DNA from: Camelus ferus
Lineage: Eukaryota
DNA length: 64,000 nt
Assembly: GCF_009834535.1 (NCBI RefSeq)
Contig: NC_045696.1
Location: forward strand, 105,712,001 to 105,776,000
Direction of reading: 5' to 3'
Shown: positions 11,899 to 25,697 of the stretch, one piece after another
How positions within the stretch are numbered: position 1 is the first letter of the stretch
Layout of the letters: each line of letters starts with the position of its first letter
Position numbers and translations under genes: made by a program
The notes under the pieces: generated by a model
Seen by the model: only the letters and a program-made list of their open reading frames with translations
Database searches by the model: none
What the model was told of the DNA's origin: nothing

Positions 11899-12627
11899 GT
11901 GGGCAGCCAGGAAGCGCAGGCCGGAGGACCCAGCCTGCCAAGTGCCGCCGAACGGAGGAGCCCACCGGCCCCGGGTCCGAGGCGGTGTCCAGCCTGGGCG
12001 AGCTGATGGTGGCCCTGCCATTGGGCGCGCTCACCTCCGTCGTGGTCCTGGTCTCCGGTTGTGCCCTGCATCTGGCTCTGGACGACGTGGACTTGCTGCT
12101 GGAGCCCAAGCCCACGTCGATGCTGTAAGTGTCTGTCAGAGATCGCACCCTCGCACTGGTGGTCCCCGAGGCTCTCCTGGGCTCAGGCGTCGAACTCCAG
12201 TGCGGACACGGCCTGGAACAGGCCGCTTTCCTGAGCACTCGGGGGGTAGTCCACCGCCCTGGAGCAGGGATCCTTCTGTGTAGCTGTCCCAGAGATCTCC
12301 GACTAAGAAGAGGCCGACGAGGAGCAGGAGGAGGGTGAGGAGGACCAGAAGGAGGAGGATGCCGAGTTCCTGCCGCCTGGGATAGAAGCTGCAGCCAGCT
12401 CAGTTGCTGGGTTCTGCTCTTCAGAGTCCTGGCCTTGGGCCCCCAGCCCTAGTCCAGAGAGACGCTCTCCTTACCATGACTACACTGTGGACTTCTACCT
12501 TCCGGAGCCCTTCCCGAACACACCACTCCAACCTCTGCCTCCCTCTCTGAGTTGAAGTTCCCACGAGCGCCCCCAACGCCCTCACCATCCTTAGCGCAAG
12601 GCCCAGAGATGCCTTATCCAGGAATGA
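11899..12627 (+). pseudogene. PRR23-family unprocessed (duplicated) pseudogene
   Basis: Colinear with 5053-5829. Lesions: ATG->GTG at 11899, 36-nt deletion after codon 4, 1-nt frameshift before the AKRRR-equivalent, CAA->TAA at 12126-12128, and further indels. Homologous terminal TGA at 12625-12627. Confidence 0.9.
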
Positions 12628-12769
12628 ACTGCCTCCCACAATTCCTTACCACCGGGCTTCCGGCTCTTAGTAATCTACCTAGACCCACTAAGAGCACATG
12701 CCACCAGAGATGGAGAATCTTCCTTCGTAGACAGCGGGCAAGTGAGGGTTTTATTCCAGTTTTGTTGGT

Positions 12770-12815
12770 GTCTGGTTTGGGGGTTTTTTGTTTGTTTGTT
12801 TGTTTGTTTGTTTTT
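12770..12815. repeat. (GTTT)n microsatellite
   Basis: Direct reading: tttgtttgtttgtttgtttgtttg. Confidence 0.9.
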
Positions 12816-13169
12816 AGCAAAATGCCATAATCAGCGGCAGCAAAAAAATTGGAATGGGGGGAGGGATTCTGGTAAGGACTTTTAGCAAGGACAGTAGACC
12901 ACAAATAGCCAACCATGGATGTTTAGATCCCTTGCCTCTGCCACACAAGCTATTTCTTTCACCTCTGTCACCTTTAGCCAAGTCCATTTTTCTTGTTTCA
13001 TCCCTACTCTTGACTCAAACTCACCTCAATTTTTTCACCAATGTATGCTCTTTTTCATCATTGTCCCATGCACCTCTTCTTTCTCTCCATTCCAGGTTTT
13101 CCTTCTTTTTGTAATTATGGTTTTACCTGTATGACCTCCACAGTGTCTTCTGAAGTACTTCTGATCCCC

Positions 13170-13523
13170 ATTTTTTTCAAGCAAGCACAATTTTTATTAA
13201 GAGCCTTGTGAAAGAGAAGCAAAGTAAACACGAGTGGTCAGAGGAAGAAGCTGAGGTGTAGCAGGTCCTATGACAGTCTCAGCCAACTTTACTGGGAGCT
13301 CTGGAGTTAGAATGGCTGGTTAGAGTTGTCCCAGGTTAATCTGATAGCCCAATTCCCTCATCCATCAGTCAGTGGGTGTGAAAGACCAGAGAAGGGCCAT
13401 GGCCCTGGGCAAGGTAGCTTTCTTAACCTGAGACAAATTCTAAAGGGGATGATAGCTAAAGCCAGTTATAAAAACAACTCTCACTGAAGAAGATTCTGTT
13501 TGGTGCATCACACTGTCCACCAC
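13170..13523. mobile_element. Ancient ERVL/MaLR-class LTR fragment
   Basis: gggagctctggag..agagttgtccc..ccctgggcaaggtagctttc and terminal gtgcatcacactgtccaccaca. Subfamily uncertain. Confidence 0.5.
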
Positions 13524-14099
13524 AATTTCAAGAAATTGATCCTTTTTATCTTGATGTTCATCTCCATTTATTATGGTCTCTGGCAGTTAAAAAAAAAAAG
13601 ACTAATTTTCTTCATGTAGGTCTTGAATATTTGGATAAAGTCTGATCAGCAATTTTCCTTTTCCCTTCCTTCTTGCTTTCCTCACACCTTTCCCTGGACC
13701 TGGTCAATCAAGATAAATGCATTGTGAATAAATAAATGGCACAAATGTAATACATGGGACTTTGGGGAAGTATTTCCAAAATTGGAATGAAGAAATTATT
13801 GAAAGCAATATTTAATGGAAGGAGGAAAGGAAGAAGCCATGATACTGTTTCCTTACAGAAGCAGTCTGTACAATGCCACAGTCTCCTGTACTTGAAAAAA
13901 CAATTGGGTATTTCTGAATTTCATGGTAGTCTGGGCTTTACCGTCATTTCTCCTGGGGGGTGATAAGAACAGATACTCCCTAGGACACACTCAGCCTCAT
14001 ATCATGGACACTTGGTCTGATTCATTATTGAGCATTTTTTCATGCTTATGAGCCCACCACCCAGAACTGGCAGCTGATATTTCTTAGCACTATTTCCTT

Positions 14100-14800
14100 G
14101 AAGTCTTTTTACTATAAAGAAAAGGAATTATTACAGATAATGTAGTCATATCCTTTGATTCCCATTTCCTGTCCCCTGAGGATTCTCATAACATCATGAA
14201 TTTGGTGGGTATCATTCTCATCAATATATGAATATAGATATATGTATATAGATATAAATAATCAATACTTATATTGCTTTGTGGACAATTAAATTTTTAT
14301 AACTAGCATTATATTCTTCAGTTTACTTTTTCCCTCAACTTTATTTTTGAAATTGTCACTTACAGATATATATATATGGTTCATTTCTCCTAAAGATTTC
14401 AGCTTTCATCATATGAACATACCATATTTTATTCATTCATTTATTAATGGATATTTGTGTTTATAGTTTTCAGTATTACAAACAAAACTGTAGTAAACAT
14501 CCTCACACTTGTCATCTTATGCACCTGAAGAAGAGTTCCTCTAGGAAATATACTTAGAAGCTGTATTGATGAGTGGCATGATATATACATTTACAGTTTC
14601 ATTAAATATTGCTGAACTGTTCTCTAGAGTGGTTGCAATGGTTTAAACAACCTCTAGTAGTCTTTCGCCAAACTATAACACCAAACTTTAAATTGTTTGC
14701 CAATGGCATCTCATTTTTTTAATTTGCAATTTCCTCACTATTGGTAAGATAGTGCAGTTTTTCATATGTAATGGGAATAATATTTTTAAAAGCAATTTCA
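14100..14800 (-). mobile_element. Old L1M fragment
   Basis: Degenerate minus-strand L1 3' motifs (tattacaaacaaaactgtagtaaacatcc; tggcatctcatttttttaatttgcaatttcc). Confidence 0.55.
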
Positions 14801-16786
14801 GGTAATTTTCATACACTATAAATCTTACTGTCTTTCAACTTATCACCCATCAAGTCTAATGGCTTTAAACTTTTCAGTGGTGAGGACACTAGATTTAACA
14901 TAGATTAAAGCACTTAGCTTTCTGTCTGGAGTTTCAAAGCTGACTATTTAGTCCATTACTAGGCAAGCGTCATGAGACTCAAATTTCTCCAGGCAGAAAA
15001 ATTACATTTGAATTTCCTAAGTAACCTTTAAATATCAACAGCAAAGTCTAGAAGACTGAACATAGAGTTTTGACAGAAATCATTGTGCATAGAGGACTGA
15101 GGAGTTCTAACTGAATAAGAATGCTAAGAGGAAAGGGCCACTCTTACCCAAGAGTAAGATGTGGAAAATAAAAGAGGGACAGAGTAGAGAATGTAAGCAT
15201 ACATCACTCACATGTATCATGACTTCCAGCTTTTATGAGTAAAAAGCTTTAGCATTAGTTGAGGAGAAGGCCAAGAAAAAGAAGGTTTTTTCCTTACTTC
15301 CTACTTAAGAATCAGGGAAAAATAAGATGGAGGATGGTACTCAGACCAGGTGAGTCTGCCCCCACACACCATGTTCCCAGCCACCAGCCTGAGGAGAAGC
15401 AAGAGGAAGACAACAGATCCGAACAGGGAACATTTACAGAAAGGCGCCTGTGTTATCTGAAGGGGAATTAGAACCAAAAATGTCTGATAGTCACTTATCT
15501 GTAAAGTTTATAGTGGTGCCTATTCCTCATTCCGCATGCCCAAATCCCCCATACTAATGAGGTGGAGGCTCATGAGGTCAATTACATAAATAAAGAAGTT
15601 ACACTTTCTTTATACAACTCAGCAGAAATCTGTTCATTGATATATTTCCTTCTCTTTACTGTAAGTTTATAGCCTTGACTCTTTTTCTGTTAGACCTATG
15701 AGACCCTTTCTTTATTAATTTGAAATCTTTTTTCATATTCATTTTTATATATTAAAATCATCCTTTATGTTTTATAGCTTATAAATATTTTCTTCTAGTG
15801 TGCCACCTATTTTTTAACTTGTTTAATTGTATAGGCCGTAATAATTCTCATATAGCGAAATTTCACAATCTTTTATACTCTGTACTTTTTGTGTCAGTTT
15901 AAAAATCATTCCCAAGAAAGATCATAAAGATATTTCCTATACTTTCTTCTGATGGTTTAATTTTTTTTCCAATTTAGATAACTAATTTCTTAGGATTTTA
16001 TTTTTGTTTATAGTTGGAAGTAGGGATTAAATTATTTCCATATTTAAAGTCATTGCCCCAAAATCAGTTATTGAATAATCAATTGTTTACAATTTATAGT
16101 ACTAATTCTGTTCTATAAAAATTTCCACCATATGATGGCAAACTAAAGACAATTTCAGATAAACAAAAAACTGAGTGAGTTTGCCACCAGTAAATGCTTG
16201 CTAAAAAATCCTAAATGATATATTTCAAGCAAAAGGATCATGACCCCAAGTTGAAGTTATGAGAAGCAGGGGGGAGAAAAGAATAACAAAGAGAAAGGTA
16301 TATATGTGGGTAAATATAAACAAAGAATGACTGACTTAAAGATTAATAATGTCTCAAGGGGACAAATAACAAAACAGATAAGATTAAAATATATGCCAAC
16401 CATCAAAAAAAAGGAGAAAATAAGTCCCAATCAGGTAGAAAATATTTGCAGAGGATGTATCTGGTAAAGGACTGTTAGCCAAAATACACAGAGAACTACT
16501 AAAACTCAAAAATTTTTAAAAAAGCAATTCTAATAGGGAATTCATAGCAATAACTGTCTATACTAAAAACAAGAAAGATCTCAAATAAACAATCTAAGTT
16601 TACATCTGAAAGAACTAGAAATGGAGAACAAACTAAGCCAAAAAGTACTAGAAGGAAGGAGATAACAAAGATTAGAACAGAAATAAATGAAATAAAGATT
16701 AAAAAGATGACAGAGAAGAATGACACTAAGAGCTGTTTTTTTTTTTAAGATAAGTGAAATAAACTCAGCAAGAAAAAAAAAAGAGG

Positions 16787-16880
16787 GCAGAGAAGGATAT
16801 AGCTCAGAGGTAGAGCGCATGCTTAGCATGCACAAGGTCCTGGGTTTAACTTCCAGTACCTCTATTAAAAAGAATTTTAA
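16787..16880 (+). mobile_element. tRNA-Ala-derived SINE (Vic-1-like)
   Basis: ggatatagctcagaggtagagcgcatgcttagcatgcacaaggtcctgggtt..ccagtacctc plus A-rich tail, flanked by aaaaaaagagg repeats. Confidence 0.85.
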
Positions 16881-17524
16881 AGAAAAAAAGAGGACTCAAA
16901 TAAATAAAATCAGAAATGAAGGAGGAGATATTACAACTGATGCCACAGGGGGAAAAAAAAGATCGTATGACATTATAATGAACATATAATGAATATATAG
17001 GCAAAAAAAAAAAAAAGAACAACCTAGAATGATAAATTCCTAGAAACATGCAATCTACCAAGACTGAATCAGAAAAAAATAGAAAATATGAACAGATCAA
17101 TTACTACTAAGGAGATTGAAAAAGTAATCAAAACAAATGTCCAGGACTAAATGGCTTCATTGGTGAATGCTACCAAACATTCAAAGAAGAATTAATACCA
17201 ATCCTTCTCAAATTCTTCCCAAAAATAGAAGAGGAGGGAATACTTCCAAACTCATTCTATGAGGCCAGCATTATCCTGATACCAAAACCAAGCAAGGACA
17301 CTGCAAGAAAAGAAAATTACAGGCTAATATCCTTGATGAACATAGATGCAAAAATCCTCAACAAAATATTAGCAAATGAAATTCAACAATACATTAGAAA
17401 GATTATATACTATGATCAAGTGGGATTTATAACAGGGATGCAAGGATGGTTTAACATTTGCAAATGAGTGAATGTGATACACTACAATAATAAAATGAAA
17501 AATAAAGATCATATGATCATCTCA

Positions 17525-19037
17525 CAGTCAAAGCAATCCTGAAGAAAAAGAACAAAGCTGGAGGCATAACCCTTCCAGACTTCAGACAATACCACAAATC
17601 TACAGTAATCAAAACAGCATGGTATTGGCACAAAAACAGACATTTGGATCAATGGAACATAATAGAGAGCCCAGAAATAAATCCACACACCTATAGTCAA
17701 TTAATCTTTGACAAACAAGGCTAGACATACAATGGAGAAAAGACAGTCTCTTCAGCAAGTGGTGTCGGGAAAGCTGGACAGCAGCATGAATCAATGATGT
17801 TAGAACACTTCCTCATACCACACCCAAAAATAAACTCAAAATGTCTTAAAGACTTAAACATTAAGATAGGACGCCATAAATCTCCAAGAAGAGAACATAG
17901 GCAAAACATTCTCTGACATACATCATAGCCATGTTTTCTTAGGTCAGTCTCTCAAGGCAATAGAAATAAAAGCAAAAATAAACAAATGGGACCTAATCAA
18001 ACTTACAAATTTTGCACAGCAAAACAAGCTATAAACAAAACAAAAAGACAACCTATGGACTGGGAGAAAATATTTGCAAACAATGCAACTGAAAAAGGCT
18101 TATTTTCCAAATATACAAACAGCTCATACAACTCAATTACAAAACAAACAAACAACCCAATAAAAACATGGGCAGAAGACCTAAATAGACATTTCTCCAA
18201 AAAAGACATTGGTATCCAATAGGCACATAAAAAGATGCTCAACATCAGTAATTGTTAGAGAAATGCAAATCAAAACTACAATGAGATATCACCTCACACC
18301 GGTCAGAATGGCTATCATAAAAAACTCTACAAATAATAAATGCTGGAGAGGGTATGGAGAAAAGGGAATCCTCCTACACTCTTGGTGGGAGTGTAAATTG
18401 GTGCAGCCACTCTGAAAAACAGTATGGAGTGTCTAGTAAAAACTAAAAATAGAGTTACCATATGATCCAGCAATCCCACTGCTGAACATATATCTGGAGA
18501 AAACTCCAATTCGAAAAGATACATGCACCCCAATGTTCATAGTAGTACTATTTACAACAGCCAAGACATGGAAGCAACCTAAATGTCCACCAACACATAA
18601 ATGGATAAAGAAGCCATAAAAAAAAGAATGAAATAATGCCAACTGCAGCAACATGGATGGGCCTAGAGATTATCATAGTAAGTGAAATAAATTAGAGAAA
18701 GACAAATATCATACATCACTTACATGTGGAATCTAAAAAAATGACACAACTGAATTTACTTCCAAAATAGAAACAGACTCACAGATACAAAAAACAAGCT
18801 TATGTTTACCAAGGGAGAAAGGGGGAGGAGTAAATTAGGAGTTTGGGATTAGCAGATACAAACTACTATATATAAAACAGATAAACAACAATGTCCTACT
18901 GTACACCACCAGGAACCACATTCAGTATCTTGTAGTAAACTACAATGGAAAAGAATCACTTTGTTGTACACCAGAAACTAACACAACATTGTAAATCAAT
19001 TATACTTCAATTTTAAAAAACATAAAACTTTTTAAAA
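17525..19037 (+). mobile_element. Younger L1 nested in the older L1 ORF2
   Basis: 17-bp TSD atcatatgatcatctca at 17508-17524 and 19038-19054. Contains the ORF2 C-terminus ([21 protein letters not shown]), 3' UTR and A tail. Confidence 0.92.
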
Positions 19038-20622
19038 ATCATATGATCATCTCAACAGAGACAGAAAAAGCATTTGACAAAGCCCAGTGTTCATTTATGA
19101 TAAAAACTCAACAAAGTGGGTGCAGACGGAATGTACATCAATATAATAAAGGCCATATATGTCAAGCCAATAGCTAACATACTCATTGTGAAAATCTGAA
19201 AACTTTTCCTCTAAAATCAGGAACAAGACAAGGATGTCCACTCTCACCACTTTGTTCAATACAGCATTGGAAGTCCCAGCAGAGCAATTAGGCAAACAAA
19301 GAAATAAAAGGCATATAAACTGAAAAGAAAGAAGTAAAACTGTCACTGCAGATGACAGATTATATATAGAAAAGACTCCATCAAAGGGATTGTTAGAACT
19401 AATCAACAAATTCAGTAGAGTTGCAGGATATATAACCAGTATACAAAAATCAGTTGTGTTTCTATACACTAATGAGAAAGAAAAATTAAGAAAACAATCC
19501 CACTTACATTTGCATCAAAAAGAATAAAATTTCTAGGAATAAGTTGAACCAAGGAGATGAAAGATCTGTACAGTGAAAACTCTTAAGACACTGATGAAAG
19601 TGAAGACACAAGTAAATAGAAATACATCCCACGCTCATGAATTGAAAGAATAAATATTGTTAAAATGTCTATACTACCTAAAGCAATCTACAGATTCAGC
19701 ACAATCCCTATCAAAATTCTAATCACATTTTTTTCAAAGAAATAGACAAATAATCCTAAAATTTCTATAGAACCAAAAAAAAAAAAATCTGAATAGCCAA
19801 AGTAATCTTGAGAAAGAAGAACAAAGCTGGAGGCATCATGCTTCCTGATTTCAAACCATATTACAAAGCTACAGTAATCAAAATAGAATGATGCTGGCCT
19901 AAAAACAGACACATAGATCAATGGAACATAAAAGAGTCCAGAAATGAACTCATGCATATATGGTCAAATAATTTATGAAAAGGAGCCAAGAATACACAAT
20001 GGATAAACGACAATCTTTTCAATAAAACAGGACAGCCATATGCAAAAGAATGGAACTGGACCGCTATCTTACACCACACACAAAAATCAATTCAAAATGG
20101 ATTAAAAACTTGAACCTAAGAACTGAAACTATAAAGCCACTAGAAGTAAACATAGGCAGTATGCTCTTTAACATCATTCTTAGCAATATCTTTTGGATCT
20201 ATCTACTCAGGCAAGAGAAGCAAAAATAAACAAATGGGACATAATCAAACTAAGAAGCTTCTGCACAGCAAAGGAAACCATCAACAAAATGAAAAGACAA
20301 CCTACAGGATGGGAGAAAATATTTTTCAAATCATACATTGATAAGGCACTAAGATTTAAAATACATACAGAACTCATACAACTCAATAGCAAAAAAAAAA
20401 TCAATTAAAAAATGAGCAGAGGATCTGAAAAGACATTTTTGTAAAGAAGACATACAAATAGCCAACAGGTGGGTGAAAATGTGCTCAACATAAAGCAGTC
20501 AACAGGGAAATGTAAACCAAAACCACGATGAGATTATTAGCTCATATCTGTCAGAATGGATATAATCAGAAACACAACATAAAACAAGTGTTGGTGAAGA
20601 CGTGGAACAAACAGAATCTTCA

Positions 20623-20760
20623 TGAGGGGGTGGATATAGCTCAATGGTAGAGTGCATGCCTAACATGCACAAGATCCTGGGTTCAATCCGCAGTACCTCC
20701 ATCAAAAATAAATACATAAATAAAAGTCTAATCCCCCCAAAAAAAAATAAAATCTTTTTT
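20623..20760 (+). mobile_element. tRNA-Ala-derived SINE (Vic-1-like)
   Basis: ggatatagctcaatggtagagtgcatgcctaacatgcacaagatcctgggttcaatcc plus AT-rich tail. Confidence 0.85.
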
Positions 20761-21702
20761 AAAAGAGAATACTTGTGCCCTGTTGGTGGGAATGCAAATT
20801 GATGTAGCCACTGTGGAGAACAGTGTGGAGGTTCCTCAAAAAATTAAAAATAGAACTATCATATTATCCTGCAACACCACTTCTGGGTATTTATCCAAAG
20901 TAAACAAAAACACTAACTCAAAAAGATATCTGCACCCCATGTTCACTGCAACATTATTCAGAATAGCCAAAATATGGACACAACCTAAGTGTCCATCAAT
21001 AATAAGTGGATAAAGAAAATGTGATATATATATATATATATACACATACATATATATGGAATAGTATTCAGCCATAAAAAGAAGGAAATTCTTCCATTTG
21101 TGACAACATGGATGGATTTTGAAGGCATTATGCTAATTGAAATAAGTCAGACAGAGAAAGACAAATACTGTATGATCTTATTATACATGGATTCTTAAAA
21201 AAAAAAAAAAAAGGAACTCATAGATACACAGAACTTATTGGTAGTTACCAGAGGCAGGCAAGGTGGGAGAGATAAAAGGCATAAAAAGGTACAAATTTCC
21301 AGTTATACAGTAAGTAAGTCCTGGGGGTGTAGTGTACAGCATGATGACTATAATTTAAAATACTGTATTATATATTTTAAAGTTGCTAAAAATTAAATCT
21401 TAAAAGTTCTCATCATAAGAAAAAACAATTTGTAATTCTGTATGGTGATTGCTGTTAACCAGACTTATTGTGGTGATCATTTTTTAGCATATGCATATAT
21501 TGAATGTTGCACACACACACAGAACAGGACAGGAAAATGAACAGTAGAAAGTATTTGTTTTACTTTAATGTTTTCTTCCAGTTTTATTGAGATTTAATGA
21601 CATACAGCACTGTACAAATTTAAGATATACAGCATAATGATTTGACTTACATACATCACGAAATGATTGCCACAATAAGCTTAGTGAACATCCATCATCT
21701 CA

Positions 21703-22536
21703 AATGCAAATCAAAACTACAATGAGGTATCACCTCACACCAGTCAGAATGGCCATCATTCAAAAGTCCACAAACAATAAATGCAGGAGAGGCTGTGGAG
21801 AAAAGGGAACCCTCCTACACTGTTGGTGGGAATGTAGTTTGGTGCAGTTTGGACAGCATGAAGATTCCTCAAAAAACTAAAAACAGACTTACCATTTGAT
21901 CCAGCAGTCCCACTCCTGGGCATATATCCGGAGGGAACTCTATAATTCGAAAAGACACATGCACCCCAATGTTCACACTAGCACTATTTACAACAGCCAA
22001 GACATGGAAACAACCTAAATGTCCATCAACAGATAGCTGGATAAAGAAGTTGTAGTATATATACAATGGAATACTACTCAGCCATAAAAAAGAATAAAAT
22101 AATGCCATTTGCAGCAACATGGATGGACCTGGAGATCGTCATTCTAAGTGAAGTATGACAGAAAGAGAAAGAAAAATACCATATGATATCACTTATATGT
22201 GGAATTTTTTTAAAAGACACAAATGAACTTATTTACAAAACAGAAACAGACTCACAGACATAGAAAACAAATTTATGGTTACCAGGGTATAAAGGGAGTG
22301 GGAAGGGATAAACTGGGAGTTAGAGATTTGCAGATACTAACTACTATATATAAAATAGATAAACAACAAGTTTATACTATATAGCACAGGGAACTACATT
22401 CAATATCTTGTAGAAACTTATAATGAAAATGAATGTATGTTTGTATATGTATGACTGAAACATTATGTTGTACACTAGAAATTGACACATTGTAAATTGA
22501 CTATACTTCAATAAAAAAATTTTTAAATTTTAAAAT
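21703..22536 (+). mobile_element. Younger 5'-truncated L1 nested in the 3' UTR of the minus-strand L1
   Basis: 12-bp TSD tccatcatctca at 21691-21702 and 22537-22548. Confidence 0.9.
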
Positions 22537-23422
22537 TCCATCATCTCAGATACATACAACATAAAAGAAAAAAATTTTTTTCCTTGTGATGAGAACTCTT
22601 AGAATTTACTCTCTTAACTTTCATATATATTGTACAGCAGTGTTAACTATATTAATCATGTACATTACATTTCTAGTACTGATTTGTCTTATAACTGGAA
22701 GTTTGTATCTTTTGACAACCTTCATCCAAATCCTCCTCCCCAGACCCCCTCACCTCTGATAACCACAAATCTGATCTCTTTTTCCATGAGTTTATTTGTT
22801 TGTTTGTTTTTAAGGTAATACCTTGACCTACAACACTGTTAGTGCGCTGTCTGTGTATCTGGTGCACAACATAGTGATTTCTACACATTTCAAAATAATC
22901 ACCAAATAAGTCTAGTCATCATTGGTCACCATACAAAGGTCACCATATACCTTATTATTGACTGTATTCCCTACACTGTACATTTCACCCCCGAGACTAA
23001 TTTATTTTGTAACTGGAAGTTTGTACCTCTTAATTTCCTTCAGCCATTTCACTCATCTTCCAACGTCCTCTCCTCTAATCCCTACCTCTTTGTTCTCTGT
23101 ATCTATGACTTCTGTTTTCTTACTTTTGTTCCTTTGTTTTTTAGATTCCACACATAAATGAAATCATACAGTACTTGTGTTTCTCTTTCTTTGTCTTATT
23201 TCACTTGGCATAATACACTCTAGGTCCATTCATGTTGCAGATGACAAGATTTCATTCTTTTCTATGCCTGAGTAATATTCCATTATATACCACATCTTTA
23301 TCCATCCATCTATTGATGAGCACTTTGGTTGCTTCCATGTCTTGGCTATTGTGAATAATGCTCCAGTGAACACAGGGATATATATATATATATGTATCTT
23401 TTCAAATTAGTGTTTTTGAGTT

Positions 23423-23457
23423 GCCTCCTTAGCGCAGTAGGCAGTGCATCAGTCTCA
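23423..23457 (+). pseudogene. Tailless retropseudogene of the 5' half of elongator tRNA-Met(CAT)
   Basis: GCCTCCTTAGCGCAGTAGGCAGTGCATCAGTCTCA matches the recalled tRNA-Met 5' half GCCTCCTTAGCGCAGTAGGCAGCGCGTCAGTCTCA with two CpG-type transitions. Direct repeat tcaaattagtgtttttg at 23402-23418 and 23455-23471. No poly(A). Confidence 0.85.
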
Positions 23458-24782
23458 AATTAGTGTTTTTGTTTTCTTTGCAGAAAAAAAAAATCCAGAA
23501 GTGAAATTGCTGGATCATATGGTAGTTCCATTTTTAATTTTTTGAGGGACCACCATACTGTTTTCGAAAGTGGCTGCACCAATTTACATTCCCACCAACA
23601 GTGCATGAAGATTCCCTTTACAAGATACCCTCACCAGTACTTGTCATTTGCTCTTTTTGATAATAGCCGTTCTGATATATGTGGGGCAATACCTCATTGT
23701 GATTTTGATTTGCATTTCCCTAATGATTAGTGATGTTGAGCATCTTTTCAGGTGTCTGTTGGCCATCTGTATGTCTTCTTTGGAAAAATGTCTATTCAGA
23801 TCTTCTGCCCACTTTTTTATTTTTTGATGTTGAGTTGTATGAGTTCTTGGTATACTCTGAATATAAACCCCTTATCAGAGATATGGTTTACAAATACCTT
23901 CTCCTGTTCAATAGGCAGCCTTTTCATTTTGTTGATGGCTTCCTTTGCTGTGCACAAGCTTTTTAATATGGTTAGCTACCATTTGTTTATTTTTGCTTTT
24001 GTTTCCATTGCCTGAGCAACAGATCCAAAAATGTTCTCCTAAGAATGACATAAAAGAGCATACTGCCTATGTTTTCTTTTAGAAATTTTATGATTTCAGG
24101 TCTTACATTTAAGTCTTTAACCCATTTTGAGTTTATTATTATATATGATGTGAAAAAGTAGTCCAGTTTGAATCTTTTGAACGTAGCTGTCAAGTTTTCC
24201 TAACACCATTTACTGAAGAGGCTACCTTTTCCTCAATGTATACTCTTATCTCCTTTGTCATAGATTAATTGACCATATAAGTGTAGATTCATTTCTGGGA
24301 TCTCTATTCTGTTCCATTGATCTACATGTCTATTGTTGTGCTAATACCACACTGTCTTGATTACTATTGCTTTGTAGTATAGTTTGAAATAAAGGAGTGT
24401 GATACTTCCAGCTTTGTTCTTATTTCTCAAGATTGTTTTGACTTTTTAGGGTCTTCTGTGTTTCCATACAAATTTTAGAATTATTTGCTCTAGTTTTGTG
24501 AAAATTGCCATGGATATGTTCACAGGGATTGCATTAAATCTATAGATTGCCTTGGGTATGAGCATATTAACAACATTAATTCTTCCAATCTATGAGCACA
24601 GTATATCTTGCCATTTGTGTCAGCTTTGATTTCTTTCATCAGCATCTTATAGTTTTCTGACTACAAGTCTTTCACCTCCTTGTTTATAGATTTATTTTTA
24701 GGGTTTTTTTATGTAACTGTAAATGTGATATTCTTAATATCACTTTCTGATAGTTTTTTGTTAGTATATAGAAATGCAACAT

Positions 24783-25306
24783 TCATGGCAGCACTATTTA
24801 CAATATCCAAGACACAGAAGCAACAAAAATGTCCATCGACAGATGACTAGATAAAGAAGATGGGTATATACATATATTGTGGAATATTACTCAGTCATTA
24901 AAAAAGTAAAATAATGCCATTTGCAGCAACATGGATGGACCTAGAGATTAACATACTAAGTGAAGTCAGTCAGAGAAAGACAAATATATGATATCATCTA
25001 CATGTGGAATCTAAAAAATGATACAAATGAACTTATTTACAAAACAGAAATAGACTCATGGACACAGAAAACACACTTACCATTACCAAAGAAAAGGGGA
25101 AAGGAGAAGGGCTAAATTGGATATTTGGGATTAACAAATACACACGACACACAAGATAGATAAACACTAAGGACCTACTCTATAGCACAGGGAACTATAA
25201 TCAATATACTGTAATAACCTATAATGGAAAAGAATCTGAGTCACTTTGCTGTATACCTGAAACACTGTAAATCAACTACATGTCGATAAAATATAGAAAT
25301 AAAAAA
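24783..25306 (+). mobile_element. Younger L1 3' fragment nested in the minus-strand L1
   Basis: 13-bp TSD agaaatgcaacat at 24770-24782 and 25307-25319. Confidence 0.9.
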
Positions 25307-25534
25307 AGAAATGCAACATATTTCTGTATATTAATTTTGTATCTTTCAATTTTAATGAATTTACTTAGTAGTTTTAACAGTTTTTTGCTGGCATCTTCAG
25401 AATTTTCTGTATATAGTATCACATCATCTACAAACTGGAAGTTTTACTTCTTCCTTTCCAATTTGTATGCCTTATTTCTTTTTCTTGTCTGATTGCTGTG
25501 TCTAAGACTTCCAATACGATGATGAATAAAAGTT

Positions 25535-25697
25535 GGGGGGAGGATACAGCTCAGTGGTAGAGCACATAGAGCACATGCTTAGCATGAGATCATGGGTTTG
25601 AGCCCCAGTACCTCCAATAAATAAAAAAAATTAATAAATAACCTAATTAATAAACCTAATTACCTCTCCCCACCCAAAACAAAAACAAAAACAAAAA
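25535..25697 (+). mobile_element. tRNA-Ala-derived SINE (Vic-1-like) with an internal 9-bp duplication
   Basis: ggatacagctcagtggtagagcacatagagcacatgcttagcatg..ccccagtacctcca, with tail aaacctaattacctc. Confidence 0.85.

Larger units (their letters stand above)
16520..21540 (+). mobile_element. Older 5'-truncated L1 (ORF2 RT region to 3' end), host of one L1 and two SINE insertions
   Basis: RT motifs tatgaggccagcattatcctgataccaaaacc, gatcaagtgggatttat and gcagatgacag, then the ORF2 C-terminus and an L1MA-like 3' UTR ending near 21500. Confidence 0.92.

Noticed and set aside
11693..12338. Several 70-180-aa ORFs over the second PRR23 copy
   Set aside because: Fragments or shadows of the frameshifted pseudogene.
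16787..16860. tRNA-Ala(AGC)-like sequences here and at 20.6, 25.5, 26.3 and 48.0 kb as tRNA genes
   Set aside because: They are diverged and carry AT-rich tails and flanking direct repeats, so they are SINEs.
17508..22548. Two different TSDs both end in atcatctca
   Set aside because: Short AT-rich similarity in different host contexts. Two cases cannot show sequence-specific targeting.
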